Counted from the stretch's first letter, positions 9,304 through 21,254 are shown. The stretch is DNA of 21,410 nucleotides from Candidatus Hydrogenedentota bacterium (GCA_045863335.1 BTVY01000015.1:1-21410); one strand, 5' to 3'. Numbers and translations: made by a program. Notes: generated by a model from the sequence alone, not told the origin.

Positions 9304-9932
9304 GAAGACACCTCGTCGGCGACGGCCGGCTGTTTCAGATCGGCGATCATCGTTGCGAGGTCGATTCCCTTGAACTTCTTCTTGAACATCTCGCGAAGCT
9401 CTTCAAACTCGCTCCGCAACAGGCCGTACCCATAGAGGTCGTACAGTTCGCCATCGCGCGCGACGTGTTGCCGCAATACCAACTCGCGCTTGGCGCCGGA
9501 GAGTTCGAAGTTGCGCCAGGATCGGGTATTGAACCCGTAGATGTAGATATTGATGCGATGCATGTTCAGTTCGTGAAAGCAGTACTCGAGCACGCGATAG
9601 AAGGCGATCGTCCCGATGAAGCCGTTCCGGCGCTTCTCCGTGAGATACGAATCGATATTGCAGGAGCGGTTGCGCCAACTGATATGAACCACCGAGAAGA
9701 GGCCCACCGGCCCCAGCTTCTCCGAATCGGCCATGAAGTAGATTCCGCTGGGCATGGCGTGGTTGGCGGACCGGCCCAGCATGCCGACAATCTGTTCGCG
9801 AATCTGCTTCGGCGAACGCGTGGGGTCGCCATACAGAAAACGCTGAAACGCGGGATCTTCCATCCAGGAGACAACCGTATCGAGGTCGTCCCGATCGGCG
9901 CGCCGAATGTACACGCTGGATTTAAGCGCCAT
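9300..9932 (-). CDS. GNAT N-acyltransferase, RimJ/RimL-like, 210 aa
   Basis: YIRRADRDDL, ISWRNRSCNI, EKRRNGFIG (motif A-like), YCFHELNMHRI, FNTRS, YGYGLLRSEF; ATG at 9932 after GGGAG. Confidence 0.85.
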   Translation of the reverse strand: MALKSSVYIRRADRDDLDTVVSWMEDPAFQRFLYGDPTRSPKQIREQIVGMLGRSANHAMPSGIYFMADSEKLGPVGLFSVVHISWRNRSCNIDSYLTEKRRNGFIGTIAFYRVLEYCFHELNMHRINIYIYGFNTRSWRNFELSGAKRELVLRQHVARDGELYDLYGYGLLRSEFEELREMFKKKFKGIDLATMIADLKQPAVADEVSS

Positions 9933-10500
9933 GAGCAACTCCCGCTGTCGCATTCGAATCGTGGGTTTGGCCGCGTGCGGCGTCGAATTCCGCACGCAGG
10001 ATGCCATAACCGTACACGTCACAGGGCGAACCATCACGTAGACCGTGCCCCCGCAAGACGACTTCCCTCCGGGCGCCGAGGCATTCGAGGGCTTGATGCG
10101 CGGCATCGGTGGTGGAGTCCACCCGCGCGCTGACCCGGTGCAGGTTTAACTCGTCAAAACAATACTCCACCATCGCACGAAAGGCGCTCTGATAGAAGCG
10201 CTCGGGTTCAACAACGCCCGCCGCATACACACTGACAGCGCAGGATCGGTTGCGCCAGCTCAGGTCCTGCACGCTGGCAAGTCCGACGGGCCCCCGATCC
10301 TCCGCGGCGCACACGAAATGGCCGGCCGTAGACGAGGGCATCGACATGGCGCCACCCAACAGCGCGAGGATGTGCGAACCCATCTGTTGCTTGATGCGAT
10401 CGTTGTCGCCGTATAGAAAACGCCGAAACGCCGGGTCGCTCAACCAGTCCACGATGACGTCCAGATCGCGCCGTTCAGGCCGTCGAAGCTTCAGCTTCAT
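9922..10500 (-). CDS. GNAT-fold protein, RimJ/RimL-like; paralog of 9300-9932
   Basis: LRRPERRDL, DPAFRRFLYGD, GPVGL, SWRNRSC, YCFDELNLHRV, GARREVVLR, YGYGILRAEF; motif A glycine loop not recognisable. Confidence 0.85.
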   Translation of the reverse strand: MKLKLRRPERRDLDVIVDWLSDPAFRRFLYGDNDRIKQQMGSHILALLGGAMSMPSSTAGHFVCAAEDRGPVGLASVQDLSWRNRSCAVSVYAAGVVEPERFYQSAFRAMVEYCFDELNLHRVSARVDSTTDAAHQALECLGARREVVLRGHGLRDGSPCDVYGYGILRAEFDAARGQTHDSNATAGVAHGA

Positions 10501-11047
10501 GCAGCGGCTCCTTCAAGCGTTTGAGACCCTCTTCGCGGAACAAGGTGAGCGATTCGAGGTTGAAATACTGCCCCTTAGTGTACACCATGTCGCGCTGCAC
10601 GCCGTCGCTCTCGAATCCGCGTGCGGCGAGAAAGGCCCGGTACGCCCGTTCCGAGCTGATGCAGTGGGACTGGAGCTTGTTCATCTTCTTATCGATGAAC
10701 GCCGTTCGCAGAATGAACTGGAACACCTCTTCCGCAAGATTGGTGGCGTAGTACTCGTCCTTCCCAAAGACCAGGACGATTTCCGCGTAGTCGGACTCCG
10801 ACTTGGATCCGCGGAGCACGCAACACCCGCAGACCTCGCCGGTCTTGTCCTCCACGGCAAAGAAGGTCCCCATGACGATATCGCGCCGCCCAAGCATCTC
10901 TCGCACTTCGTCGATGGTAGGAATCATGACTTCCCGGGAAGGACCAAGCAGAAAGGCACGAGGTACACTGGGGTCGTACAATTGCCACAACGCGAATGCA
11001 TCGTCGGGCTCAGCCGACCGGATAACAGCATGTTCCCCTGTAATCAT
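10475..11047 (-). CDS. GNAT-fold protein, RimJ/RimL-like
   Basis: MITGEHAVIRSAEPDD, FFAVEDKTGEVCG, AFIDKKMNKL, RGFESDGVQRD...GQYFN; CoA-binding loop appears degenerate. Confidence 0.8.
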   Translation of the reverse strand: MITGEHAVIRSAEPDDAFALWQLYDPSVPRAFLLGPSREVMIPTIDEVREMLGRRDIVMGTFFAVEDKTGEVCGCCVLRGSKSESDYAEIVLVFGKDEYYATNLAEEVFQFILRTAFIDKKMNKLQSHCISSERAYRAFLAARGFESDGVQRDMVYTKGQYFNLESLTLFREEGLKRLKEPLHEAEASTA

Positions 11048-11184
11048 GCGGAGGTTCCCTGGTCAGATAATCGATTGGTTGCCGGACGGGTCGCGGTCCC
11101 GCTGGCGGACCGTCCGCCCGGGAGGTTTCGCGCGCTTCAGCCGCCCGCACCAGCCCCAACCGCAACACGAAATCATACATTAGG

Positions 11185-11222
11185 AAAAAAATACCGGGAC
11201 TTCAACACTTCCGAAGCCCCGG
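11185..11222 (-). terminator. Intrinsic (rho-independent) terminator between the peptide genes and the GNAT genes
   Basis: Minus strand reads CCGGGGCTTC-ggaagtgtt-GAAGTCCCGG (10-bp stem, one G:U) followed by TATTTTTTT, 27 nt after the stop at 11250. Confidence 0.8.
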
Positions 11223-11249
11223 CCAGTAAACTCTTCGTCGCGCTATCCG

Positions 11250-11387
11250 TCAGGAAGTTGGTGTGACGATCGCATTCTTCTTCGTATACACGTAGTCGAG
11301 CCACGTCTGCCACAGCGCATTGTACAGGTCCGCAAGGGCGTCTGCCTTGGCCATCTTACCCGAGGTAATCCCGCGAATGTGCTTCAT
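11250..11387 (-). CDS. Small peptide B, 45 aa, candidate RiPP precursor: MKHIRGITSGKMAKADALADLYNALWQTWLDYVYTKKNAIVTPTS
   Basis: Strong RBS GGAGGAG 9 nt upstream of the ATG; MKHxxxIT N-terminus shared with peptide A; followed by a terminator. Confidence 0.75.
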   Translation of the reverse strand: MKHIRGITSGKMAKADALADLYNALWQTWLDYVYTKKNAIVTPTS

Positions 11388-11510
11388 GAAACCCATCTCC
11401 TCCAGGTTATCGGGCGTTCCGCCCCGCGCGGAGAGTCTCCGGCCGCAAAATCGGGCCGCCTCTCGAAACACAAGTCTTCGAAAACATTGGCCATCCGGCA
11501 CTGCCGGCGC

Positions 11511-11705
11511 TTATGATTCTGGATTCTTGACCGAGTTGAACTGGGTCAGGGCGCTCAACAAGCCGTCGAAGACGGTGGATGCCGCACCGATAAAGGTGGT
11601 CACCAAATCAAAACCCAAGCTCAGAATCGAAAGCAGAAACGACAAGTCGGTCGTCTCGTTGTTCGCAAGCAGCGGAGTCTTGGTAATCGTCGTAACGTGC
11701 TTCAC
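11511..11705 (-). CDS. Small peptide A, 64 aa, candidate RiPP precursor: MKHVTTITKTPLLANNETTDLSFLLSILSLGFDLVTTFIGAASTVFDGLLSALTQFNSVKNPES
   Basis: GTG at 11705 with GGGAG RBS upstream; first ORF after the consensus promoter; N-terminus matches peptide B. Confidence 0.7.
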   Translation of the reverse strand: MKHVTTITKTPLLANNETTDLSFLLSILSLGFDLVTTFIGAASTVFDGLLSALTQFNSVKNPES

Positions 11706-11787
11706 AATAGTGTCTCCCGCTCGATGTTCGCAGTCTATACTGCTCTGGGCGCACCCCGTTTGGACCGGGGCCGCAGAGGCCAGCGCG

Positions 11788-11816
11788 AGTATAGCACCGC
11801 TCCAACACAGTGTCAA
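11788..11816 (-). promoter_or_regulatory. Near-consensus sigma70 promoter driving the peptide genes
   Basis: Minus strand TTGACA (11816-11811), 17-nt spacer, TATACT (11793-11788), with an extended -10 TG. Confidence 0.8.
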
Positions 11817-11994
11817 CAGTTTCCCAAACAACCGTCACGCAAGCATTTACAGCGCGTTCCAGTTGGGGGCTCACGCCGCGCGTCTCTCACTATTCTACAC
11901 GCCGAAACCCGGCACGTTACCGAACCTCGCCCGGCGAGTCCCCTGCTTTATCTATCATGCCTGGACCGCCGGATAAGTTCCCTTTGGCCACCGG

Positions 11995-13482
11995 TCACGA
12001 CCCGGAAAGTGCCACGCTGTCGTACCCGTGCGTGTATGCGCCCGGCAAATCCGAGTACCCCATCAGGTCGATGTCGATCACGCGTGCCGCCTCGCGACCT
12101 TCGTGGATCGCCCAGACGACCAGCGATTGGCCGCGCCGCGCGTCCCCGGCCGCATAGACCTTTTCCTTGCTGGTCCGGTACGTGCCGTAGTCGGCCTTGA
12201 TGTTTCCGCGCCCGTCCAATTCGAGGTCGAATTGCTTCGGCAATGCATGTTCCGGATGCACGAATCCGAGCGCCAGGAGTACCAAGTCGCATTCCAGCTT
12301 GAACTCGCTGCCCGGAACCTCAATCATCTTCGGCCGGCCGCTGGTGTCGGGCTCGCCCCACTCCAGGCGAACGGCGTTGATGTGCGTTACTCTGCCATCC
12401 TTGCCTTCAAAACTCTTGGTCAGGATGCTCCAGTCGCGTTCGCCGCCCTCTTCATGGCTGGAAGAGGTCCGAAGGATCAACGGCCAATTGGGCCACGGGG
12501 TCTTTTCGTTAAACCCTTCCGGCGGCTTGGGCAACAGTTCGACGGACCATACGTGCTTGGCGCCCTGCCGCAGGCTCGTCCCGTGGCAGTCGGACCCGGT
12601 ATCGCCGCCGCCAAGGACTACCACGTTCTTGTCGGTCGCAACGATCTCTTTATTGTTAATTTTCTTGCCGGATACCCGCCGATTCTGCTGCGTCAAAAAC
12701 TCCATGGCAAAATGAATGCCGTCCAGCTCCCGGCCCGGTATCGGCAGATCCCGCGGCTGGGTGGAGCCGGCGGTAATCAGCACGGCGTCAAACTCGGCTT
12801 CGAGTTCCGGACCCGTGACATCTTTTCCAACGAAGCAACTGCACTTGAAGATGACGCCTTCCTCTTCCATCTGGCGGATTCGGCGGCGCACGACCTCCTT
12901 GTTCAACTTGAAATCCGGGATCCCGTAGAGCAGCAGACCGCCCGGTTCATCGTCGCGCTCGAACACGGTCACCGTATGACCGGCGCGGTTCAGCTGTTGT
13001 GCGGCTGCAAGACCTGCCGGACCGGCTCCCACGACGGCGACTTTCTTTCCGGTGCGCGTCGCGGGCGGCTCGGGCCTGATAAGCCCTTCGTTGAACCCGT
13101 GGTCAGCGATGGACCGCTCGATGAGCTTAATCGTCACCGGTGGCTCGATGATCCCGAGTACGCAGGACGCCTCGCACGGAGCTGGGCAAACGCGGCCCGT
13201 GAACTCCGGGAAGTTGTTTGTGGAGTGCAAGCGTTCCAGCGCCTCTTCCCACTTCAAGTCTTTGACGAGATCGTTAAAGTCAGGAATGATATTGCCCAGG
13301 GGACACCCCGACTGGCAGAAGGGAACGCCGCAGTTCATGCAGCGGTAACCCTGGTCCTGCATCTTCTCGTCGTTGAAGTCCGTCAGAAACTCGTCCCAAT
13401 GCTTCGTACGCTCTTCTTTCGGCGCGTACGGGGGCAGTTCCCTGCCGTATACCATGAAGCCCTTTTCTTTGTTGGGGCGCAT
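11995..13482 (-). CDS. gltD: Glutamate synthase small subunit
   Basis: [69 protein letters not shown]; directly downstream of gltB. Confidence 0.97.
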   Translation of the reverse strand: MRPNKEKGFMVYGRELPPYAPKEERTKHWDEFLTDFNDEKMQDQGYRCMNCGVPFCQSGCPLGNIIPDFNDLVKDLKWEEALERLHSTNNFPEFTGRVCPAPCEASCVLGIIEPPVTIKLIERSIADHGFNEGLIRPEPPATRTGKKVAVVGAGPAGLAAAQQLNRAGHTVTVFERDDEPGGLLLYGIPDFKLNKEVVRRRIRQMEEEGVIFKCSCFVGKDVTGPELEAEFDAVLITAGSTQPRDLPIPGRELDGIHFAMEFLTQQNRRVSGKKINNKEIVATDKNVVVLGGGDTGSDCHGTSLRQGAKHVWSVELLPKPPEGFNEKTPWPNWPLILRTSSSHEEGGERDWSILTKSFEGKDGRVTHINAVRLEWGEPDTSGRPKMIEVPGSEFKLECDLVLLALGFVHPEHALPKQFDLELDGRGNIKADYGTYRTSKEKVYAAGDARRGQSLVVWAIHEGREAARVIDIDLMGYSDLPGAYTHGYDSVALSGS

Positions 13483-13494
13483 TCGTAAACTCCT

Positions 13495-18048
<4,554 letters not shown>

Positions 18049-18163
18049 GGACAACAGTACCGTCCTTTCTTCAAGCTCTCCGGGGGGAGTCTGCCCGTTT
18101 GGGCCCGCGTAAGGCCGGGAAGATACAATGCACCCTGCCTCCCCGGACAAGACTTGCGCCGCG

Positions 18164-18193
18164 ATACTACTCGAAAACGCCTGTTTATGTCAA
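18164..18193 (-). promoter_or_regulatory. Putative sigma70 promoter of gltBD
   Basis: Minus strand TTGACA (18193-18188), 18-nt spacer, TAGTAT (18169-18164). Confidence 0.5.
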
Positions 18194-18493
18194 ATCTGGA
18201 GCGGTCGAAGCGATAGGTGGAACCACCCGCGAACTGCCGGTTTGCCGAGACCCTTTGAATCGCCGGGCGGCGCCCACTTGCCCCGTCTTATCCACCCGAA
18301 GAGGTATGCCTACTATCGGAACCTGCAAGATTTTGGTTTATTCCCCCCTGCACATTTTCGTACTATACGCCCCGGCGGGGCTTTTCTGGATCGATTCATG
18401 TTTAGTTTTGTGAATTCGTGCCGCAATCAGGCGCGCACAATTCCACCTATTTCGCCCGCTCCGGAGTTCGTGTCTCAGGGGGAACCTACTATT

Positions 18494-18525
18494 CCCAGGT
18501 TTCGTTCCGTTCCGCCTGGGGCTAC
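18494..18525 (-). repeat. GTAG-tagged REP-like hairpin
   Basis: Minus strand GTAG-C-CCCAGGC...ACCTGGG; CCCAGG/CCTGGG arms in the gltB-prs intergenic region; single copy in the window. Confidence 0.35.
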
Positions 18526-18584
18526 AAACCCGTCGCCCGTCCAAAGCGGTACCGGCGGACGTACGTTCGGCTGAGACGGCTTTT

Positions 18585-18670
18585 GGTCATTTGAATTTAG
18601 GTCATTCGAATTTGTTTCGGATTTCGATATTCGGATTTCGGATTTTGGTCGCCACGCCGGCGGCGTGGCG
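18585..18670. repeat. Degenerate heptamer tandem array followed by a perfect GC hairpin
   Basis: ggtcatt tgaattt aggtcat tcgaatt tgtttcg gatttcg atattcg gatttcg gatttt (18585-18646), then CGCCACGCC-ggc-GGCGTGGCG (18650-18670). Confidence 0.65.
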
Positions 18671-18704
18671 CCGTGGTCTCTAAACGTGGAAAGGATGGGG
18701 CATC

Positions 18705-19652
18705 GTGTCACCGGACGGTATTTTGGTATTTGGCGGGTCGGGAAGCCCGAATCTCACGAAGAGTATCGCCACCTATCTCGGGGTGGACGTCGGACAAAAT
18801 GAAGTGCTGCGGTTTTCCGAGGGCAACCTCTTCGTCCGGATCCTGGAAAACGTCCGCGGCCGGCGCGTGTACATCGTCCAGTCCACCGCCTTCCCTGCCA
18901 ACGACAATTTCATGGAACTCCTCTTCTGGATCGACGCCTTCCGCCGGTCCAGCGCCGAGAAGATCACCGTCGTCATGCCCTACTTCAGCTACGCCAAGGG
19001 CGACAAAAAAGACGAGCCCCGGGTCTCCATCCGCGCGCGGGTCTGCGCCGACGCTATCGAAGCGGCCGGGGCCGACCGCGTGGTCACCCTCGACCTCCAC
19101 GCCCCCCAGATCCAGGGCTTCTTCCGCATCCCCGTCGACGACCTCTACGCCTTGCCCGTCCTCGGCAAGGCGATCCAGTCCAAGAAACTCGAAGACCTCA
19201 TCGTCGTCTCCCCCGACGCCGGTTTCGTCAAACAGGCCCGGCGCTACGCGTCCTTCCTGAACGTCTCCCTCGCCATCGGCGACAAAGAACGCGCCGCCCA
19301 CGACGAGAACGCCGAAGTCATGCAGATCATCGGCGACGTGGAAGGCAAGACCGCCCTCGTCGTCGACGACTTCACCATTTCCGGCGGGACCCTCGTCGAG
19401 ATCGCCGAAAAACTCGTCGAGCGCGGCGCCAAATCCGTCTACGCCGCCGTCACCCACGGCGTCCTCTCCCCCGGCGCCCGCGAAAAGATCGACCAAAGCC
19501 CCATCGAAAAACTGCTCGTCACCGACAGCATCGAGACCCAACCCGGCCCCCTGCCCGAAAAGGTCGAAGTCGTCTCCGTAGCCCCCCTCCTCGGCGAAGC
19601 CATCCGCCGCATCCACAACCGCGAAAGCGTCAGCGTCCTCTTCCCCGACTGA
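18705..19652 (+). CDS. prs: Ribose-phosphate pyrophosphokinase (PRPP synthetase), divergent type
   Basis: RFSEGNLFVRILENVRG, NDNFMELL, VMPYFSYA, LDLHAPQIQGFF.IPVD, VVSPDAG, VVDD...GGTL, THGVLS, SVAPLLGEAIRRIH..ESVS.LF; GTG start after AAAGGA. Confidence 0.93.
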   Translation: MSPDGILVFGGSGSPNLTKSIATYLGVDVGQNEVLRFSEGNLFVRILENVRGRRVYIVQSTAFPANDNFMELLFWIDAFRRSSAEKITVVMPYFSYAKGDKKDEPRVSIRARVCADAIEAAGADRVVTLDLHAPQIQGFFRIPVDDLYALPVLGKAIQSKKLEDLIVVSPDAGFVKQARRYASFLNVSLAIGDKERAAHDENAEVMQIIGDVEGKTALVVDDFTISGGTLVEIAEKLVERGAKSVYAAVTHGVLSPGAREKIDQSPIEKLLVTDSIETQPGPLPEKVEVVSVAPLLGEAIRRIHNRESVSVLFPD

Positions 19653-19703
19653 GGAAAGGCCTGCTCCCGGATTGAGGCGATGCCCCTTCCCCGACTGAGG
19701 AAA
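19640..19703. repeat. 23-bp period tandem repeat spanning the prs stop codon
   Basis: CTTCCCCGACTGAGGAAA exact at 19640-19657 and 19686-19703, with a 12/18 copy at 19663-19680. Confidence 0.75.
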
Positions 19704-19738
19704 AGCCGCATCCCCAAACCCCGTGCACGCACCAAAAC

Positions 19739-19765
19739 CGTCACCCCCGCGCAGGCGGGGGCCCA
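19739..19765 (+). repeat. CGTC-tagged REP-like palindrome
   Basis: CGTCA-CCCCCGC-gcag-GCGGGGG-CCCA, resembling the widespread GTCATTCCCGCGnAGGCGGGAATCCA-type element. Confidence 0.6.
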
Positions 19766-19780
19766 TCTTAATTCCCCAAC

Positions 19781-19860
19781 GGAGCATGGGCGTCCCGCCC
19801 GTGTACTCTTCCTCCACGATCCACGATCCCCCATTCCGCAATCCGCAATCATCAGCTATC
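19781..19860 (+). repeat. Composite repeat, left copy: GGAG-tagged REP hairpin plus heptamer tract
   Basis: GGAG-CATGGGCG-tcc-CGCCCGTG then gatccac gatcccc c attccgc aatccgc aatcatc; first 38 nt match 21255-21292 at 34/38. Confidence 0.75.
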
Positions 19861-19973
19861 CAAATTGTCAGAATCGCCTTCGCATGATATCCTTCGGCTC
19901 GCCTGTGAGCATCCACACCGCAATCCTCTAGCATTTCTTGTAGTCACACGGCAAGGAGAACTGGGCGCCAAGT

Positions 19974-21230
19974 ATGAGCAAGCAAGCTATCTCGAAACAG
20001 CGGATTGCGGAGCAGCCGGACCCCCTCTTCGACCGCATCGTCACGATTCTCGAGGAAGCACGCGGCAGCGTGGTCCGCGCAGTTAACACGCAGATGGTGA
20101 CGGCCTATTGGCTGATCGGACGCGAGATCGTGGAAGCCCTGCAAGGCGGGGAGGACCGGGCGGAATATGGCAAACAGGTGGTCGAGAATCTATCCGAGCG
20201 GCTGACGGAGCGGTATGGAAAAGGCTTCTCAGAAGTGAGTTTGCAGCGCTTCCGAAAGTTCTATCTCGTTTACAAAGAACGCCTTGCAATTCCGTCCCCG
20301 CCGGGGACGGAATCTGAGTCAAAACCAATTCCGTCCCCAATAGGGACGAATTCGGCAGTCGCGGAAAAACCCCACCCGGCGGGTGGGGAATTCGACAGCG
20401 GCAACGCAATTCCCTCCCCGCCAGGAAGAGAATTGGCGGTCTCTCGAAAAAGTCACCCGCCGGGTAGCGAAACACAAACCTTCTCGCCGCAACTTTCCTG
20501 GTCCCACTACCGGGCGCTGATGCGGGTAGAAGACCCGGCCGCGCGGGAGTTCTACGAGCGCGAGGCCGCCGAATGCGGCTGGAGCAAGGCCCAGCTCGAA
20601 CGGCAGATTCAGTCCTCCTACTACCAGCGCATCCTGGCCAATCGCGGCGAGGCCGGACTGGCCGCGCCAGAGCGCGAGCGCCTGCCCGGCGAACCGATCA
20701 ACGCCGGCCACGTCCTCAAGTCGCCCTACGTGCTGGAGTTCCTCGGCCTGCCCGACGCGCCCGAACTGCACGAGAGCGCCTTCGAACAGGCGATCATCGA
20801 CAACCTGCAATCCTTCCTGCTGGAGTTGGGAAAAGGCTTCTCCTTCGTCGCCCGCCAGAAGCACATCCGACTTGACGACGACGACTTCTACGTAGACCTC
20901 GTATTCTACAACTTCATCTTGAAGTGCTTTCTGCTGATTGACCTGAAGATCGGCAAGTTAACCCACCGCGACGTGGGACAGATGGACGGCTATGTCCGTC
21001 TCTTCGAGGACCGTTTCAAACTGCCCGGCGACAATCCCACCATCGGCCTGATTCTGTGTTCCGACAAAGGCGAAGCCGTGGCGAAGTATTCCGTGCTGAG
21101 CGAAGGCCGCCAGATCTTCGCCTCCAAATACCTGCAATTCCTACCCAGCGAAGAAGAACTGCGGATCGAAATCCAGAAGGAGCGCAAATTGATCGAGGCG
21201 GCTTTGGAGGAAGAGAAAAACACCGGCTAA
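19974..21230 (+). CDS. yhcG: YhcG / DUF1016 family PD-(D/E)XK nuclease-domain protein
   Basis: AVNTQMVTAYWLIGREIVE, RAEYGK, LSWSHYR, AREFYE.EA...WS...LERQI, LKSPYVLEFL, FLLELGKGFSFVARQ, YVDLVFYN, LIDLK, GQMDGYV, DNPTIGLILC. Confidence 0.93.
   Translation: MSKQAISKQRIAEQPDPLFDRIVTILEEARGSVVRAVNTQMVTAYWLIGREIVEALQGGEDRAEYGKQVVENLSERLTERYGKGFSEVSLQRFRKFYLVYKERLAIPSPPGTESESKPIPSPIGTNSAVAEKPHPAGGEFDSGNAIPSPPGRELAVSRKSHPPGSETQTFSPQLSWSHYRALMRVEDPAAREFYEREAAECGWSKAQLERQIQSSYYQRILANRGEAGLAAPERERLPGEPINAGHVLKSPYVLEFLGLPDAPELHESAFEQAIIDNLQSFLLELGKGFSFVARQKHIRLDDDDFYVDLVFYNFILKCFLLIDLKIGKLTHRDVGQMDGYVRLFEDRFKLPGDNPTIGLILCSDKGEAVAKYSVLSEGRQIFASKYLQFLPSEEELRIEIQKERKLIEAALEEEKNTG
20289..20474 (+). repeat. 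Five in-frame palindromic repeat units inside yhcG
   Basis: Units start at 20289, 20328, 20367, 20409 and 20448 and encode IPSPPGTES / IPSPIGTNS / KPHPAGGEF / IPSPPGREL / KSHPPGSET. Unit 1 is an 11-bp perfect stem; unit 3 is an 8-bp perfect stem. Confidence 0.8.
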
Positions 21231-21254
21231 CCAATTCCCCCGCCCGCGTACCAA

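Noticed and set aside
11250-11387. Peptide B WxxW/Tyr residues as radical-SAM cyclophane (triceptide/darobactin-like) substrates
   Set aside because: The only rSAM-like protein in the window lacks the SAM-binding cluster ligands, so an enzyme acting in trans would be required and none is visible.
11511-11831. 106-aa version of peptide A with a signal-peptide-like N-terminus ([22 protein letters not shown]...)
   Set aside because: It uses a TTG start without a clear RBS and lies upstream of, and overlaps, the consensus promoter at 11788-11816. The GTG at 11705 has an RBS and gives an N-terminus matching peptide B.
11855-11872. TGGAACG on the minus strand as a sigma54 -24 element for the peptide genes
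   Set aside because: There is no GC at the required -12 spacing, and a near-perfect sigma70 promoter explains the locus.
18708-19934. 408-aa minus-strand ORF
   Set aside because: Antisense shadow of C-ending prs codons, extended through non-coding repeats.
20289-20474. Palindromic units as a CRISPR array
   Set aside because: The units are not identical, the spacers are only about 12-15 nt, the array is in-frame in an intact gene, and there are no cas genes.
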